Below are positions 20,967 to 31,054 of a stretch of 64,000 bases of DNA, one piece after another (the first letter of the stretch is position 1; each line of letters opens with the position of its first letter). Location of the stretch: positions 1 to 64,000 of the forward strand of contig CAWFGE010000010.1 of the NCBI GenBank assembly GCA_963815195.1, in the 5' to 3' direction. This stretch comes from an uncultured Planctomycetaceae bacterium (GTDB lineage Bacteria > Planctomycetota > Planctomycetia > Planctomycetales > Planctomycetaceae). A program made the translations under genes and the position numbers. The notes below the pieces were generated by a model. It had not been told where the DNA came from, did not search any database, and was given only the letters and a program-made list of their open reading frames with translations.

Positions 20967-22661
20967 ATGACTTCGGACTCCTCACTTCCAGATGACTTGG
21001 CTGCTTGCCACGAACTGATTTGGCGGCAGCAAGTGGTGCTCACGCAAAAGCAGCATGCTTTGCAAGAGAAGCAGCATGCTTTGGAAGAGCAACGGCGCGT
21101 ACTGGACGAAGTCGATGCGAACTATCACGAACTGCTTGAGGAACATGATCTCTTAAAGGCGGAGTTCGAGCAGTTTCGCCGCTGGGCTTTTGGGCGAAGG
21201 ACGGAGCGCAACCGCGAAGCCGACGGCCAACGGCATCTGTTTGAACTGGAGCCGAGCGCCTCGCCCGTTCTCGACGAAGAGGGCGTTTCCGAGGAAGAGC
21301 CGCCGGTTTCGCCCCGGCGAAAGAAACGCCGCTCGCAAAAAGACAAGCTTGAGCATTTGCCGCAGCGGCGGATTGAACTCGACGTTCCCGAGGAAGACAA
21401 GCACTGCGAAACCTGCGGCGGCGAGAAGACGAAGATCGGCGAAGACGAACGCTCGGTGCTGCAGTATCGCCCGGCCGTCTTGGAAGTCGAAGTCTATGTG
21501 CTCCCCAAGTACGCTTGTCCGTGTTGTCAGGAGGGCGTGGTCAGCCCGCCTCCGCCGGAGCGAATCCTGCCGCGTTCGATCGCCGGGCCGGGGTTAATCA
21601 GCGAAATCCTTGTCAGCAAGTTCGGCGATCATCTGCCGCTTTATCGCCTGGAAGATCGTTTCACACGGCTGGGGCTTTATCTCTCGCGGAGCACGCTCTG
21701 CGATTGGACGCAAGCGGCGGCGGATTTACTCAAGCCGCTTTATGAGCGGATGCTCGCGCTCGTATTGAAATCCGATGTGATCTGGACCGATGACACGCCG
21801 GTGCGAATGCTCGATCCGAAGGCGGAGGGCGGCAGTCGGCTGTCACGGTTTTGGACTTACATCGGCGATGATCTCTATCCCTACTCGGTGTATGACTTCA
21901 CCAAAAGCCGCAAGCGCGACGGCCCGGCCAAGTTCCTGGCGAACTATCGAGTGCAATGCACGCGGATGCTTACGGCGGCTATGACGGGATCGTGATGGGA
22001 TCCAATGGGGCGATCGTGCGCATCGCCTGCGGGTGCGCACATCCGCCGCAAGTTTGAGCAGGCGAAATCCAATGCGCCGCGCGAGAGTGCGCAGATGCTG
22101 GAATGGTTTCGGCAACTGTATGACATCGAGGACCGCGCCCGCGAGGAGCCCGCGGAGATCCGTCACGCCCTGCGTCAGAAAGACGCCTTGCCAATCTTGG
22201 CCAAGATGAAAGCCTCCTTGGATGAACTGGAGGTGCGCGTGCTGCCCAAATCGAAGCTCGGCCAGGCGGTGACTTATGCGCGAAACCAATGGTCGGCGTT
22301 CTGCCTTTATGTGGACGATGGCCGGCGGACGATCGACAACAACGTCAGCGAACGCACCTTGCGGGCTCAAGCCATTGGAAGAAAAAACTGGCTGTTCTTG
22401 GGCCACGAGTCGGCGGGCCCTCGGGCCGCGGTGTTGTTTACGATCCTCGCGGGAGCCAAACGGCACCACCTGGAACCCTGGGCCTATATGACCGATGTCT
22501 TGGTCAAGCTCGCCGCCGAGACCAGCGACCTGGACGCCTTGCTTCCCGACCGCTGGGCCGCCGCCCATCCCGAACACGTGCTGAATTACCGCCTGGAAGA
22601 ATCCCGCCAAAAACGCGCCCGCCAAAAAGCCAAACGAAGCCGCCGCCGCAAAGGCGAATAA
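20967..22661 (+). CDS. tnpC: IS66 transposase TnpC (outer copy; indels near 21950 and 22034)
   Basis: Near-identical to the inner copy. Confidence 0.92.
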
Positions 22662-22686
22662 CCCCCTGTCAAAACCGGGCGCTTAC

Positions 22687-22995
22687 GCCGAAACGGGGGC
22701 GGGCATCATCATCCGGGGCGGAATTGCCCACGGTGGCCCAGATGCCGAGATTCGCCGGCCCGCCCTAGAAGACGTGTGGAGTCGGGCGAAACTCGACGAG
22801 ATTCTTCCTGAAGGAATGTCGAGGGGCGAGTTGATCCTCCGCTATACGCTCTCTCACGCACACTGCGACACGACGATCGTCGGGACCGGCAACCCGTCCC
22901 ACTTAGAGGAAAACCTTGTAGCGGCGCAGCGTGGTCCGCTGCCTTCGGAGCTTTACAAGGAAATGACTGCACGTGTCGCAGACTTGGCCGATTGA
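22687..22995 (+). pseudogene. 3' remnant of an aldo/keto reductase truncated by IS66
   Basis: In frame from the IS end: AETGAGIIIRGGIAHG...LRYTLSH...TTIVGT.NP.HLEENL.AA..GPLP; no 5' half left of the IS. Confidence 0.8.
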
Positions 22996-23059
22996 AAGAC
23001 GACAGTGGTGATCGGTTCACACCCTTGGTCGTCGATGCCCGCGTCACGGTGTCATTCAA

Positions 23060-23284
23060 TTGGCGGTTCTCTTGGTGTGCGGCATTAAGATCGTACCGGG
23101 GAGTATTCTGAACCTCTTTTCCCCAGCCAATCTGCTTTCTATGGCGCTGATTGGAGGTTGGATCGCAATCCTTGGAATTGTGGTTTGTGCCCCGCCAAAC
23201 CCACCCCCTCATGGCCCGGCTGGAGACGGCGGATCGGTCGATGTACAGGTGCATGTGAATGGAAATCGGAAAGCGGGCGATTGA
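23060..23284 (+). CDS. Small membrane protein or fragment
   Basis: Two hydrophobic stretches in a 74-aa ORF. Confidence 0.3.
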   Translation: MAVLLVCGIKIVPGSILNLFSPANLLSMALIGGWIAILGIVVCAPPNPPPHGPAGDGGSVDVQVHVNGNRKAGD

Positions 23285-23317
23285 ATTGCTATCGTTCCCG
23301 CTGGCTTCCGGACCGAT

Positions 23318-26300
23318 TCAGAATCGCCGCTTCGATCTGCCCGGATTCGGCATCGCCCGCGGCGGCAATGCGGACGTGGGCCAGAGTTTTACATGGCCGT
23401 CGGATCCGGCGGAAGCCACGACCGACCCGTCCGCAGAAACCGCCACGTCAAAAATGTATCGCGATTCTTCCGTCTCCGATTGCGTGTGGCCTTCATAATT
23501 CGCCACGCGTTGGCGGGACTCGACGTTCCACAATTCCACCTTTCCATCAAAGCGGCCAATGACGATCGTGCGGGCGTCGGGCAGAAATGCGGCACACGAG
23601 GTTTCGCTGCCGATGGGAAGGCGGCCGGAGAGCTTTTTCTTGGGCACGTCGTAAACGAGCAATTCGGTTTGTGAGCCGCCCGCAATCAAAGTGCGGCCGT
23701 CGGGACTGAAGCGGACTTGCCGCATCTTTCGCGTGGGGCCGGGCAGGCTGGCGACTTCCTCGCCGGTCTTCACGTTCCAGAGCTTGACGTTGCCGGGCTT
23801 TTGATACTGTTTGAGATTTCCCGTCGCCGTCGCCAAGAGTTCCCCGTCCGGCGAAAAGGCCAAGCCGCCGATGACCAGTTCTTGCCGGGGCAGTTCGCGA
23901 ATCTTCTCCCGGGTCTCGGCGTTCCAAATCGAAACGCTCCCGTCCCAGGCCCCGGAGGCCATCTGTTTTCCATCGGGCGAAAATGCGACGGACATGTTTT
24001 TCTCATGCCCGGTTTCCACGCCGGCCAACAGGTCGAGCGACTTAGCATCCCACAAGAAGATTTCATTCTTGAAGCCTCCCGTCAGGAGAAGTTTTCCGTC
24101 TGGGCTGTAAACGCCCTCCGTGATGCCTTGCTTTTGGAATACGGTTTTCACAACCCGGCCCGTCTCCAAATCCCACAACCGAATCGCGCGGTCTTGATTG
24201 CCGGTTATCATGTGCTTGCCGTCGGGGGAGAACGCGACGAACCGAACTTCCGAATTCTTGGAGTCTTCGCCGGGGTTGAGATCCGCCAAGGGAGGAATGG
24301 GCGGTTCGAGACCTTGCCAGAGTTTTAAGGTCTTGTCGTAACTGCCCGTGACGATGGCCGTGGCGTTGGGAGCATACGACAGCGAGGTGATGACATCCTG
24401 ATGCCCTTTCAGCGTCTGCAGAGGCGAGCCGGTTTCGCCGTTCCAGATGCGGAGCGTGTTATCAAACCCGGCACTCGCCAAGGTGCGGCCGTGGCGAGAA
24501 AACGCCAGACACCACACCATGCCCGTGTGCCCTTTGAGTTCCTGCAAGCGTTCGCCCGTCGCCGGGTTCCAGAAGCGGATGGTTTTGTCTTCGCTCGCGC
24601 TCGCAACTCGGCCGCCGTCGGGCGAGAACGTGACCGCGCGCACGGCCGCGGTGTGGCCTTTGAGTTCGCGGAGCGATTTTTGCGTTTTCAGATCCCAAAC
24701 TCTTACCGTGCGGTCGCTGCCGCCGGAGACGAGATGCTTCCCATCCGGCGAAAACGCCAAGGACCGCACGGCCGCGGTGTGGCCTTCGAGAACGCCTTTC
24801 GGATTCCCGTCGGCGACGTTCCACAACCGGATCGATTTGTCATATCCGCCGCTCGCCAGGGTCTTGCCGTCCGGCGAGAAGGCCACCGAAAACACCCAAT
24901 TGCTGTGCCCTTTCAAGGTCCGTACGAGTTTGGCCGTTTCCACATTCCAAAGCTTGATCGTCTGATCGTAACTGCCCGTGGCCAAAGTTCGGCTGTCCGG
25001 CGAAAACGCCACCGTGGAGACCACGTCCTCATGATCTTTCAGCGCCGTCAAAAACTTTCCGGTCGCGGCCTCGCGGAGACGGACTGACGTGTCCTCGTGC
25101 GTGGTCACCACATAGCGGCCATTGGGCGAATGCGCGATGGCGAGCACGGCTTCCGGGGTGTCTTCCAAAGCTTTGTATGGCAGAAGGATTCCCAAAAGCA
25201 GGCCGGTGTCGGGGTTCCAAAGGCGGATCGTAGCATCCTCGGCCCCGGTCGCCAGGGTTTTTCCGTCCGGCGTAAACTCCGCGGAGAGGGCTTGCCCTTG
25301 ATGGCCGACCAGTTGCCGCAAGACTCTGTGGTCTTTCATCACATAGATCGTGCCGTCGCCGCACGCCGCCGCCATCCGGCCGTCGGGAGCATAATTGATC
25401 TCCCGCACCGGGCGGCCGGGCAGGTTCAGGACGGCGATTTGTTTTCCGCTGCGCGGTTCCCAAAAGGCGACGGTGGAACCAAACTCGCCGGTGGCGATTT
25501 CTTTCCCATCCGGTGAAAACTCGATCGCCGCAAACATCGGGCCGCCGGAATCGAACTTCGCGATCTGTTGGCCGCTTTCCACCTCGAAGACCAGCCCGCG
25601 GCCGAAGCGCGGGTTCTGAAGACTTCCGCCCGCCGCGACGAGCAATCGGCTGTCCGGCGAGAAGGCGATCTTCACGATTTTTTGAAAGGCGGACAATTCC
25701 CCCGTGAAGGTCCGCTCTTCGTCCCATCGGCCCACGGTCCACAAGAACAGTTTTGCCCCTTCCGTTCCCGCCGCGAGGTATTTTCCGTCGGGTGAAAAAT
25801 CCAAGCGGCCGACCCGCGAGCCGGTGCTTTTCTTCGCGACGACGTTCCAGGTTTTCGTTTCCCGAATCTCCAATTGGGTCTCCCAATAGGTGGCCGCGAG
25901 ATATTGGCCGTCCGGGCTGAACGTCAGCGATGAAACGCCTTGGGGCACCGGGTATTTCTTCAAGACCTTCCGGCCGGCGAAGTCATAGACCACAATCTGC
26001 CCCGCCGTGTTCCAGCGGCCGTATCCCGCCGCCAAGAGTTTGCCATCGGGAGAGAATGCCAGATCGCGGACTTCCAATTCCGCAATCGGATAGCCTCTGG
26101 GCTGTTTCTCAAACTCAACCGGTTCCTGGCCGAAGAAGGAATCCGGCTTCGCTTGTGTCGTCGCTTCGGCCTCGCCGGGCTTCGCAGCCTCGGCGACTGT
26201 GTTCGCATCTGTCCTTTGAGCGACCAACCGCGGCCAGGCGGAGAGACAAATCACCGCGGCGGCCAACAAGGCGCTTTTCCACAAACCCAATCGGGCTGAC

Positions 26301-26407
26301 ATTCCGTCTTGCAAAATCATGGTCAATCTCCGCTTCAGGAATTCCAAGTTTCTCATGCCAATTGCAGCCGACGGCAATGCCTGCGGAATGGCCGACCAGA
26401 AGTCCAT
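23318..26407 (-). CDS. Large WD40-repeat protein retaining only the tail of an M56/BlaR1-type peptidase domain (5'-truncated)
   Basis: ~20 GH...VAFSPDG..LASG..D..I.LW repeats; N-terminal DF...FLKRRLTMIL plus TM helix typical of the end of M56 domains; no HExxH present. Confidence 0.8.
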   Translation of the reverse strand: MDFWSAIPQALPSAAIGMRNLEFLKRRLTMILQDGMSARLGLWKSALLAAAVICLSAWPRLVAQRTDANTVAEAAKPGEAEATTQAKPDSFFGQEPVEFEKQPRGYPIAELEVRDLAFSPDGKLLAAGYGRWNTAGQIVVYDFAGRKVLKKYPVPQGVSSLTFSPDGQYLAATYWETQLEIRETKTWNVVAKKSTGSRVGRLDFSPDGKYLAAGTEGAKLFLWTVGRWDEERTFTGELSAFQKIVKIAFSPDSRLLVAAGGSLQNPRFGRGLVFEVESGQQIAKFDSGGPMFAAIEFSPDGKEIATGEFGSTVAFWEPRSGKQIAVLNLPGRPVREINYAPDGRMAAACGDGTIYVMKDHRVLRQLVGHQGQALSAEFTPDGKTLATGAEDATIRLWNPDTGLLLGILLPYKALEDTPEAVLAIAHSPNGRYVVTTHEDTSVRLREAATGKFLTALKDHEDVVSTVAFSPDSRTLATGSYDQTIKLWNVETAKLVRTLKGHSNWVFSVAFSPDGKTLASGGYDKSIRLWNVADGNPKGVLEGHTAAVRSLAFSPDGKHLVSGGSDRTVRVWDLKTQKSLRELKGHTAAVRAVTFSPDGGRVASASEDKTIRFWNPATGERLQELKGHTGMVWCLAFSRHGRTLASAGFDNTLRIWNGETGSPLQTLKGHQDVITSLSYAPNATAIVTGSYDKTLKLWQGLEPPIPPLADLNPGEDSKNSEVRFVAFSPDGKHMITGNQDRAIRLWDLETGRVVKTVFQKQGITEGVYSPDGKLLLTGGFKNEIFLWDAKSLDLLAGVETGHEKNMSVAFSPDGKQMASGAWDGSVSIWNAETREKIRELPRQELVIGGLAFSPDGELLATATGNLKQYQKPGNVKLWNVKTGEEVASLPGPTRKMRQVRFSPDGRTLIAGGSQTELLVYDVPKKKLSGRLPIGSETSCAAFLPDARTIVIGRFDGKVELWNVESRQRVANYEGHTQSETEESRYIFDVAVSADGSVVASAGSDGHVKLWPTSALPPRAMPNPGRSKRRF

Positions 26408-26460
26408 TTTTTGGTCAGGTCATACTCGCCATGAAAAGGCGGTGAGTCTTTCAGCTCACA

Positions 26461-26817
26461 TTAAAACGCTGAGTCCTTTATTGCAAATAGATTCTCAATG
26501 CCCGAGTTTGAGCGAAAGATCTCCAAGTCTGGTTCGGCCAAGAGCCGTTCCCGGTTTGTTAACGGGGGCTTGCCTTCCGCCGCCCGAATGTCCGCTTCAA
26601 AGTCCGCCTGAGGGACGAAGTGCCAGTCGAGAATATGGATGATTTGCCGCTTGCGTTTGCTTTTGGCGGGCGTGACGACGACGGAATGGACGTGGGGGGT
26701 TTCGAGGGTGTGGGCAGAGAGAAACCTCGGAGCAGACGAGGCCCGGCGATCCGTCGGAACCTGCGAGGGCTCACCGGCGACGCAGAGGAGAAAGAAGAGG
26801 GAAAGGAACGTCTGCAT
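26461..26817 (-). pseudogene. N-terminal fragment of a secreted hypothetical protein
   Basis: Signal-like MQTFLSLFFLLCVAG then IIHILDWHFVP; composition changes abruptly afterwards. Confidence 0.35.
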
Positions 26818-27070
26818 AACGATCTCAGGATACCACGGAACCTTGCCGGTTTCCCGCCCGAATGCGCGAGTTCGATCTCCGCCAAAGCCTGATCTTGGGC
26901 ACGGACACGAACGGAGGGGGTGTTGTTTTCCACCTGGGAAACCGGCGAATTCTGGACGCTGGTGCAGGGCTCGATGTGCAGCAACTGGCCGAAAACGTCT
27001 TGCTCTTTGCCAGATCGACTTCGAGCAATGCCGCGACCTCAGACGAAGAATGGTGGCACGTTCTCGCGAC

Positions 27071-27096
27071 TTTCCATTGGCGACAATGGAAACTCC
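27071..27096. repeat. Palindromic element TTTCCATTG-GCGA-CAATGGAAA-CTCC (copy 1)
   Basis: 25/26 identical to 31409-31434, same orientation. Confidence 0.8.
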
Positions 27097-27493
27097 ACGA
27101 CGTTCCCAGACGCCAGTCTTTGGAAATCGGGACACCTTCATTCGGAATTGGGAGACCAGCGTGAGACCAGCGCAACCGAAGTGCGTCATCCAAAATCTGA
27201 TCGGCTGGCACCATCAGTTGGACTTCGGCATTTGCAGCCTCGGTGTGTCGGACCGATGCGAGAAAGCGTCGCTGCGAAAAAGAAAGCACCGAATTGATTT
27301 CACCATTGGACTGCTCTGGCTTAACTGGGCAATCGTTTTGCGCGACCTCGACCGATGAACGATAATCCACCTTCGTAGAGGGGCGCTCCCTTGGTCGCTA
27401 ATCGCGCCAAAGTGTAAGATGGTCTTTTCGCCACCGACTAAGTCTCTGGCTCGTCGGCTACGACTATTCTACCCACAGCAAATAAGCTCCCAC

Positions 27494-28417
27494 ATGACCA
27501 CATTGGTTGAAAAACTCAAAGCGTTGGCCCCCGCGCAGTTTGAGAATGTCGTTTACGACCTCGTCACATCAGCCGGACTTCGGAATGCCGTGTGGCGGAC
27601 ACCTGGCTCAGACGGTGGTCGGGATATCGAAGGAGAATTTGTTACAACAGACTTCAGCGGGTTCAGCATAACTGCAAAGTGGTACGTGGAATGTAAACGA
27701 TACGAGAGTTCCGTTGATTGGCCTACCGTTTGGCAGAAAATTGCCTACGCCGATAGTCACAACGCAGACTATTTGTTGGTTGTAACTACGTCCGCATTAT
27801 CTCCGCAGTGCAAAACTGAGGTTTCGACATGGAATAAGAACCATCGCCGACCCTCAGTGCGATGTTGGGAAGGCAGTATTTTGGATCAGATCCTGACACA
27901 TTATCCTGGAATCCTCGTGAAGTATGGTCTCGCCCAAGACACCAAGCTTGTCCCGGCGTCGTTTATGAAGCTCTCCCAAGAAACGTCGAAGATAGTTCAG
28001 GCAGCGTATGGGGCATCGGAGATGCAGGAATGGGATAACCCGGCACTGGAAGCTGCGTCGGCTATGTCTGAACTTCTCACGGTGCGGATTAGAGACGCGG
28101 AAACGGAAGGCCGCATTGCCAAAACTCCTTTCATACTCAATATGGATCGCTTTCACTGGCTGTCGGTCAATGGTGATCCCGCGTTGCTCGGCGGCTTCGA
28201 CCGACACGGGCTGCGCACCGTGTTGGCACTTCTAAGACACGTGACCGGTTGCACTGTCGCGACCGCAGAATTGACACAAGGAGTCGTGCGTGTGACGCTT
28301 CCAACGGACTGCCTTCCGAACTCGACCGCTATGACTCTTTTGATAGAAGTATCTCAGTGGGGAGATATGGAGGTACGATTGGAAGAGCAGAACTTCTTCG
28401 TTTCCGGGAGACCATAA
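27494..28417 (+). CDS. Mrr-like PD-(D/E)xK restriction endonuclease with uncharacterised C-terminal domain
   Basis: QFENVVYDLV...TPGSDGGRDI...WYVECKRY...LLVVTTS, the Mrr_cat pattern. Confidence 0.85.
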   Translation: MTTLVEKLKALAPAQFENVVYDLVTSAGLRNAVWRTPGSDGGRDIEGEFVTTDFSGFSITAKWYVECKRYESSVDWPTVWQKIAYADSHNADYLLVVTTSALSPQCKTEVSTWNKNHRRPSVRCWEGSILDQILTHYPGILVKYGLAQDTKLVPASFMKLSQETSKIVQAAYGASEMQEWDNPALEAASAMSELLTVRIRDAETEGRIAKTPFILNMDRFHWLSVNGDPALLGGFDRHGLRTVLALLRHVTGCTVATAELTQGVVRVTLPTDCLPNSTAMTLLIEVSQWGDMEVRLEEQNFFVSGRP

Positions 28418-28419
28418 AA

Positions 28420-29149
28420 ATGTCCAACAGCGATCCGCTGCCAGCCGACTTAACGCTGCTCGCCAACTTCATTCACCAAATCATCAACCCTCTAAACGGA
28501 GTTATGGGCACTCTTGACAATCTGATCGATGGAACAGTACCAGTGGAAAAAAGAGACCAGCGGCTAAAAGCGACTCGCGCAACTTGAGGTCGCCACGATG
28601 ATCGTCCGGAATCTTGCGTACTTCACGGAACAGAGTTTGCAGCCCGGCACTCTTCCACAACGGGATTTATCCAAGACGTGCGTCATTCCGCAACTCGTGA
28701 TCGAAGCCGCGCAGTTTTTCCAAGAATCGGGATTACAAAAAGAGATTAGGATTGAGTTGACGGACTCTCATACGCAGTATGCTATACCCGGTTCGCCAGA
28801 GTTGATCCGACAAGTCTTTATGAACATCTTCGACAACGCCGTGAAGTACAGCGATGCCGGCAGCAATGTGAACGTCACACCCTGGATACAGAAAAAGACG
28901 AACGATTTAATCGTGGAAGTCTGCAACGCTGGGCCTGGATTCTCCCACAAGGAGTCAAAAACGATTTTCAACCCCGGTACACGAGGCACCGAGGCCGTGA
29001 ATTTGATCAAGTCCGGTACAGGCCTCGGACTTCACATCTGCAAGATGATTATCGAGGACTATCACCACGGCAAGATTGAAGCAGAATACTCGGAGTCCAC
29101 CCGGATCGTCACTATCCGGCTTCGATTTCCCAAATGGAGGACTACATGA
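28420..29149 (+). CDS. Sensor-less histidine kinase (HisKA + HATPase_c; frameshift near 28580)
   Basis: H-box FIHQIINPL, N-box VFMNIFDNAVKYS, G1 CNAGPGF, G2 GTGLGLHICK; ATG 2 nt after the nuclease stop. Confidence 0.85.
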
Positions 29150-29598
29150 TGAACCCGTCCCGGAAGGAAGACACTATTCTGCTCGCGGATGACGAACCGT
29201 ACAACTTGCAGTTCATCATCGATTTTCTTGAATCCCTAAATTACCACACCACAGTTGCTGATAACGTTGATAGCGCTATGCAACGACTCAATGAGCATAT
29301 GTTCCGAGCAGTCATCGTTGATTTAAGCATTCCGCTGTTGCCACCGCAGTCGCTCTTGAGGGAGCGCGATCTGATATTTCAGAAGTACCCTGGCCTTCTC
29401 GTCGCAGATTACGCCCGGAACCACGGTCATACTGGGAGACAGGTGATCGTCTACTCCGTACATGACGACGTGAACGTCGGCCAACTGGCCGCAAAACTTG
29501 GGTTCACGTACCTGCTGAAGGGCCGAGCACGCCTTTTGAAGGAAGAGATAAAAGACGTACTTTCTTTCGATCCGCTTTTAAAGCCCACGAAATCTTGA
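29146..29598 (+). CDS. Stand-alone response regulator receiver protein
   Basis: ILLADDE, VIVDLSIP (phospho-Asp), VIVYS, YLLKG; ATGA overlap with the kinase. Confidence 0.88.
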   Translation: MMNPSRKEDTILLADDEPYNLQFIIDFLESLNYHTTVADNVDSAMQRLNEHMFRAVIVDLSIPLLPPQSLLRERDLIFQKYPGLLVADYARNHGHTGRQVIVYSVHDDVNVGQLAAKLGFTYLLKGRARLLKEEIKDVLSFDPLLKPTKS

Positions 29599-30058
29599 AA
29601 CTCGCGTTGCATGCATCGGTCACATCGACCGACAGCGTTTGGAGAAACTCGAAACCGAGCGAAGTTGGACAACCTTCTGCCGTTTGCGACTCACGCGAAC
29701 TGCGGGAGCTGGCGGACACCGCTGGGGAAAAGACGAATCGCCGCCGGCCGTGTTTGCGTCGATCGCGAAATACCCGACCGGACTCGGAGAAAAGCGGAGA
29801 TTTCGGGGTTTCCCCGAAGGCGGTTTGTCCCGATCAAACTGCAGGACTCGGAACGCCAGCATTCCAGCATTTCATCCGCGAGTCCGTTGTCGTTCAAACG
29901 TTCAAGCCAACTCGTACGGCTTTTCTCGATACAGCGTTTTTTCTCCTGCGACCGTGTTCTTCGTGAATGGCGTTGACTATGTCGCGTCAGTCAAAATCGC
30001 TACTATTCGACTTCAGCCAATTCCCAAAAACACGTTTCACTGTTACGAAGGAGCAATC

Positions 30059-30412
30059 ATGGCCAAGAAGAAATCGCAAGGCCCCAGCAAAAGCCAAACT
30101 GTCCGCGACTACCTCACCGAGAATCCGAGCGCCACCGCATCCGTGGTGGTGCCCGAAATGGCCGAGCGGGGCATCAAGGTGAGCCCCGCACTGGTCAGCC
30201 AGGTCAAAAAGCGGATGAAGGAGTCCGGCCAATTGGATGGGCAAAAAGCGGCGACGAAGAAGTCGGGAAGCAAAAAGTCCAGCCCAAAGAAATCGGCACC
30301 AGCCAACGCGCTGACGGCGGAAAATTTGGTTGAAGCGAAGAAACTGGTAAATGAATTGGGCGGAATCGACCAGGCCCGCCAGGCGCTCAAGTTCCTGGAA
30401 GAATTGGGATGA
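30059..30412 (+). CDS. Lys-rich putative DNA-binding / nucleoid-associated protein, planctomycete-type
   Basis: RBS AAGGAG; N-terminal SKSQTVRDYL...VSPALVSQVK helical domain, K/S/A-rich linker, C-terminal LVEAKKLVNELGGIDQARQAL. Confidence 0.75.
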   Translation: MAKKKSQGPSKSQTVRDYLTENPSATASVVVPEMAERGIKVSPALVSQVKKRMKESGQLDGQKAATKKSGSKKSSPKKSAPANALTAENLVEAKKLVNELGGIDQARQALKFLEELG

Positions 30413-30432
30413 GCCCAAGCTGGCCCACAAAA

Positions 30433-30452
30433 ATGCCCCCTTGCGGGGGCAT
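30433..30452. terminator. Hairpin terminator between convergent genes
   Basis: ATGCCCCC-TTGC-GGGGGCAT with an A-run on the left (U-tract on the minus strand). Confidence 0.7.
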
Positions 30453-30456
30453 GGCT

Positions 30457-30582
30457 TTAAGCGGCCTTTTGGATTTTCTGGAGCGCTTCGATCGCGGCTT
30501 TCGCTTTTTCGATGCTGCCCAGCTTCTCCACGAACTGTCGCATTTTCAGGACGGCGTGTTCTTTGGGTTTGCTGTCGGCCAC
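30457..30582 (-). CDS. 41-aa mini-protein resembling the C-terminal helix of the neighbouring Lys-rich protein
   Basis: GTG after AAAGGAAA; MADSKPKEHAVLKMRQFVEKLGSIEKAKAAIEALQKIQKAA*; below the ORF-track length cutoff. Confidence 0.7.
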   Translation of the reverse strand: MADSKPKEHAVLKMRQFVEKLGSIEKAKAAIEALQKIQKAA

Positions 30583-30719
30583 CAGATTTCCTTTCTGAGA
30601 ATCGCGGCTTCGGGAAATATCCCTTTTGATCGGCAAGTGCGATTGTGGAAGTTGAACGAAGTCGGGCGGAGAGAATTACGCCCCATCTGAATTGAGCCGG
30701 GGCTGGGCCGCCCGTGGAG

Positions 30720-30945
30720 CCTAGGGTTTGTCGCCCAGTTCCGCCTGGAGTTGGTTAGCCGGCCTTTGATTTCGGCGATGGTCTGCTGATGCTGCGGGTC
30801 ATCGTAGGCGTTTTGAGATTCGTGCGGATCACCGGCCAGATCGTAAAACTCCCACCGCCGCTCGGGCGGCTGCTTGCGGAGGCCGTCGTAATAGATCAGC
30901 TTGTGCTTGGCGGTGCGGATGCCGTAATGGGCGGGACGCTCCGGG
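30720..30945 (-). pseudogene. C-terminal remnant of a sulfatase
   Basis: PAHYGIRTAKHKLIYYDG...WEFYDLAGDPHESQNAY; boundaries approximate. Confidence 0.7.
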
Positions 30946-31054
30946 CTGCTCGCGGAATAGCGGGAGTACATAAGACGGGAGTGATCCTCGCCGGTGCGGG
31001 ACCCTGCGAATGACCAGCGATGAGTTTTTCGGGCCGGCAAGCGGGAACCCGGAA

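Larger units (their letters stand above)
17430..22686 (+). mobile_element. IS66-family element (outer copy, 2625 bp), interrupted within tnpB by a second copy
   Basis: Ends GTAAGCGTCCG... and ...CGGGCGCTTAC; tnpA-tnpB-tnpC order; flanks GTATTTTC and GCCGAAAC do not match. Confidence 0.95.

Noticed and set aside
17430..22686. Assembly artefact duplicating the IS
   Set aside because: The exact 8-bp target duplication around the inner copy is what transposition produces; read confirmation is still desirable
29639..30058. N-terminal extension of the Lys-rich protein (257-aa ORF)
   Set aside because: A strong RBS precedes ATG 30059 and the upstream translation looks non-coding
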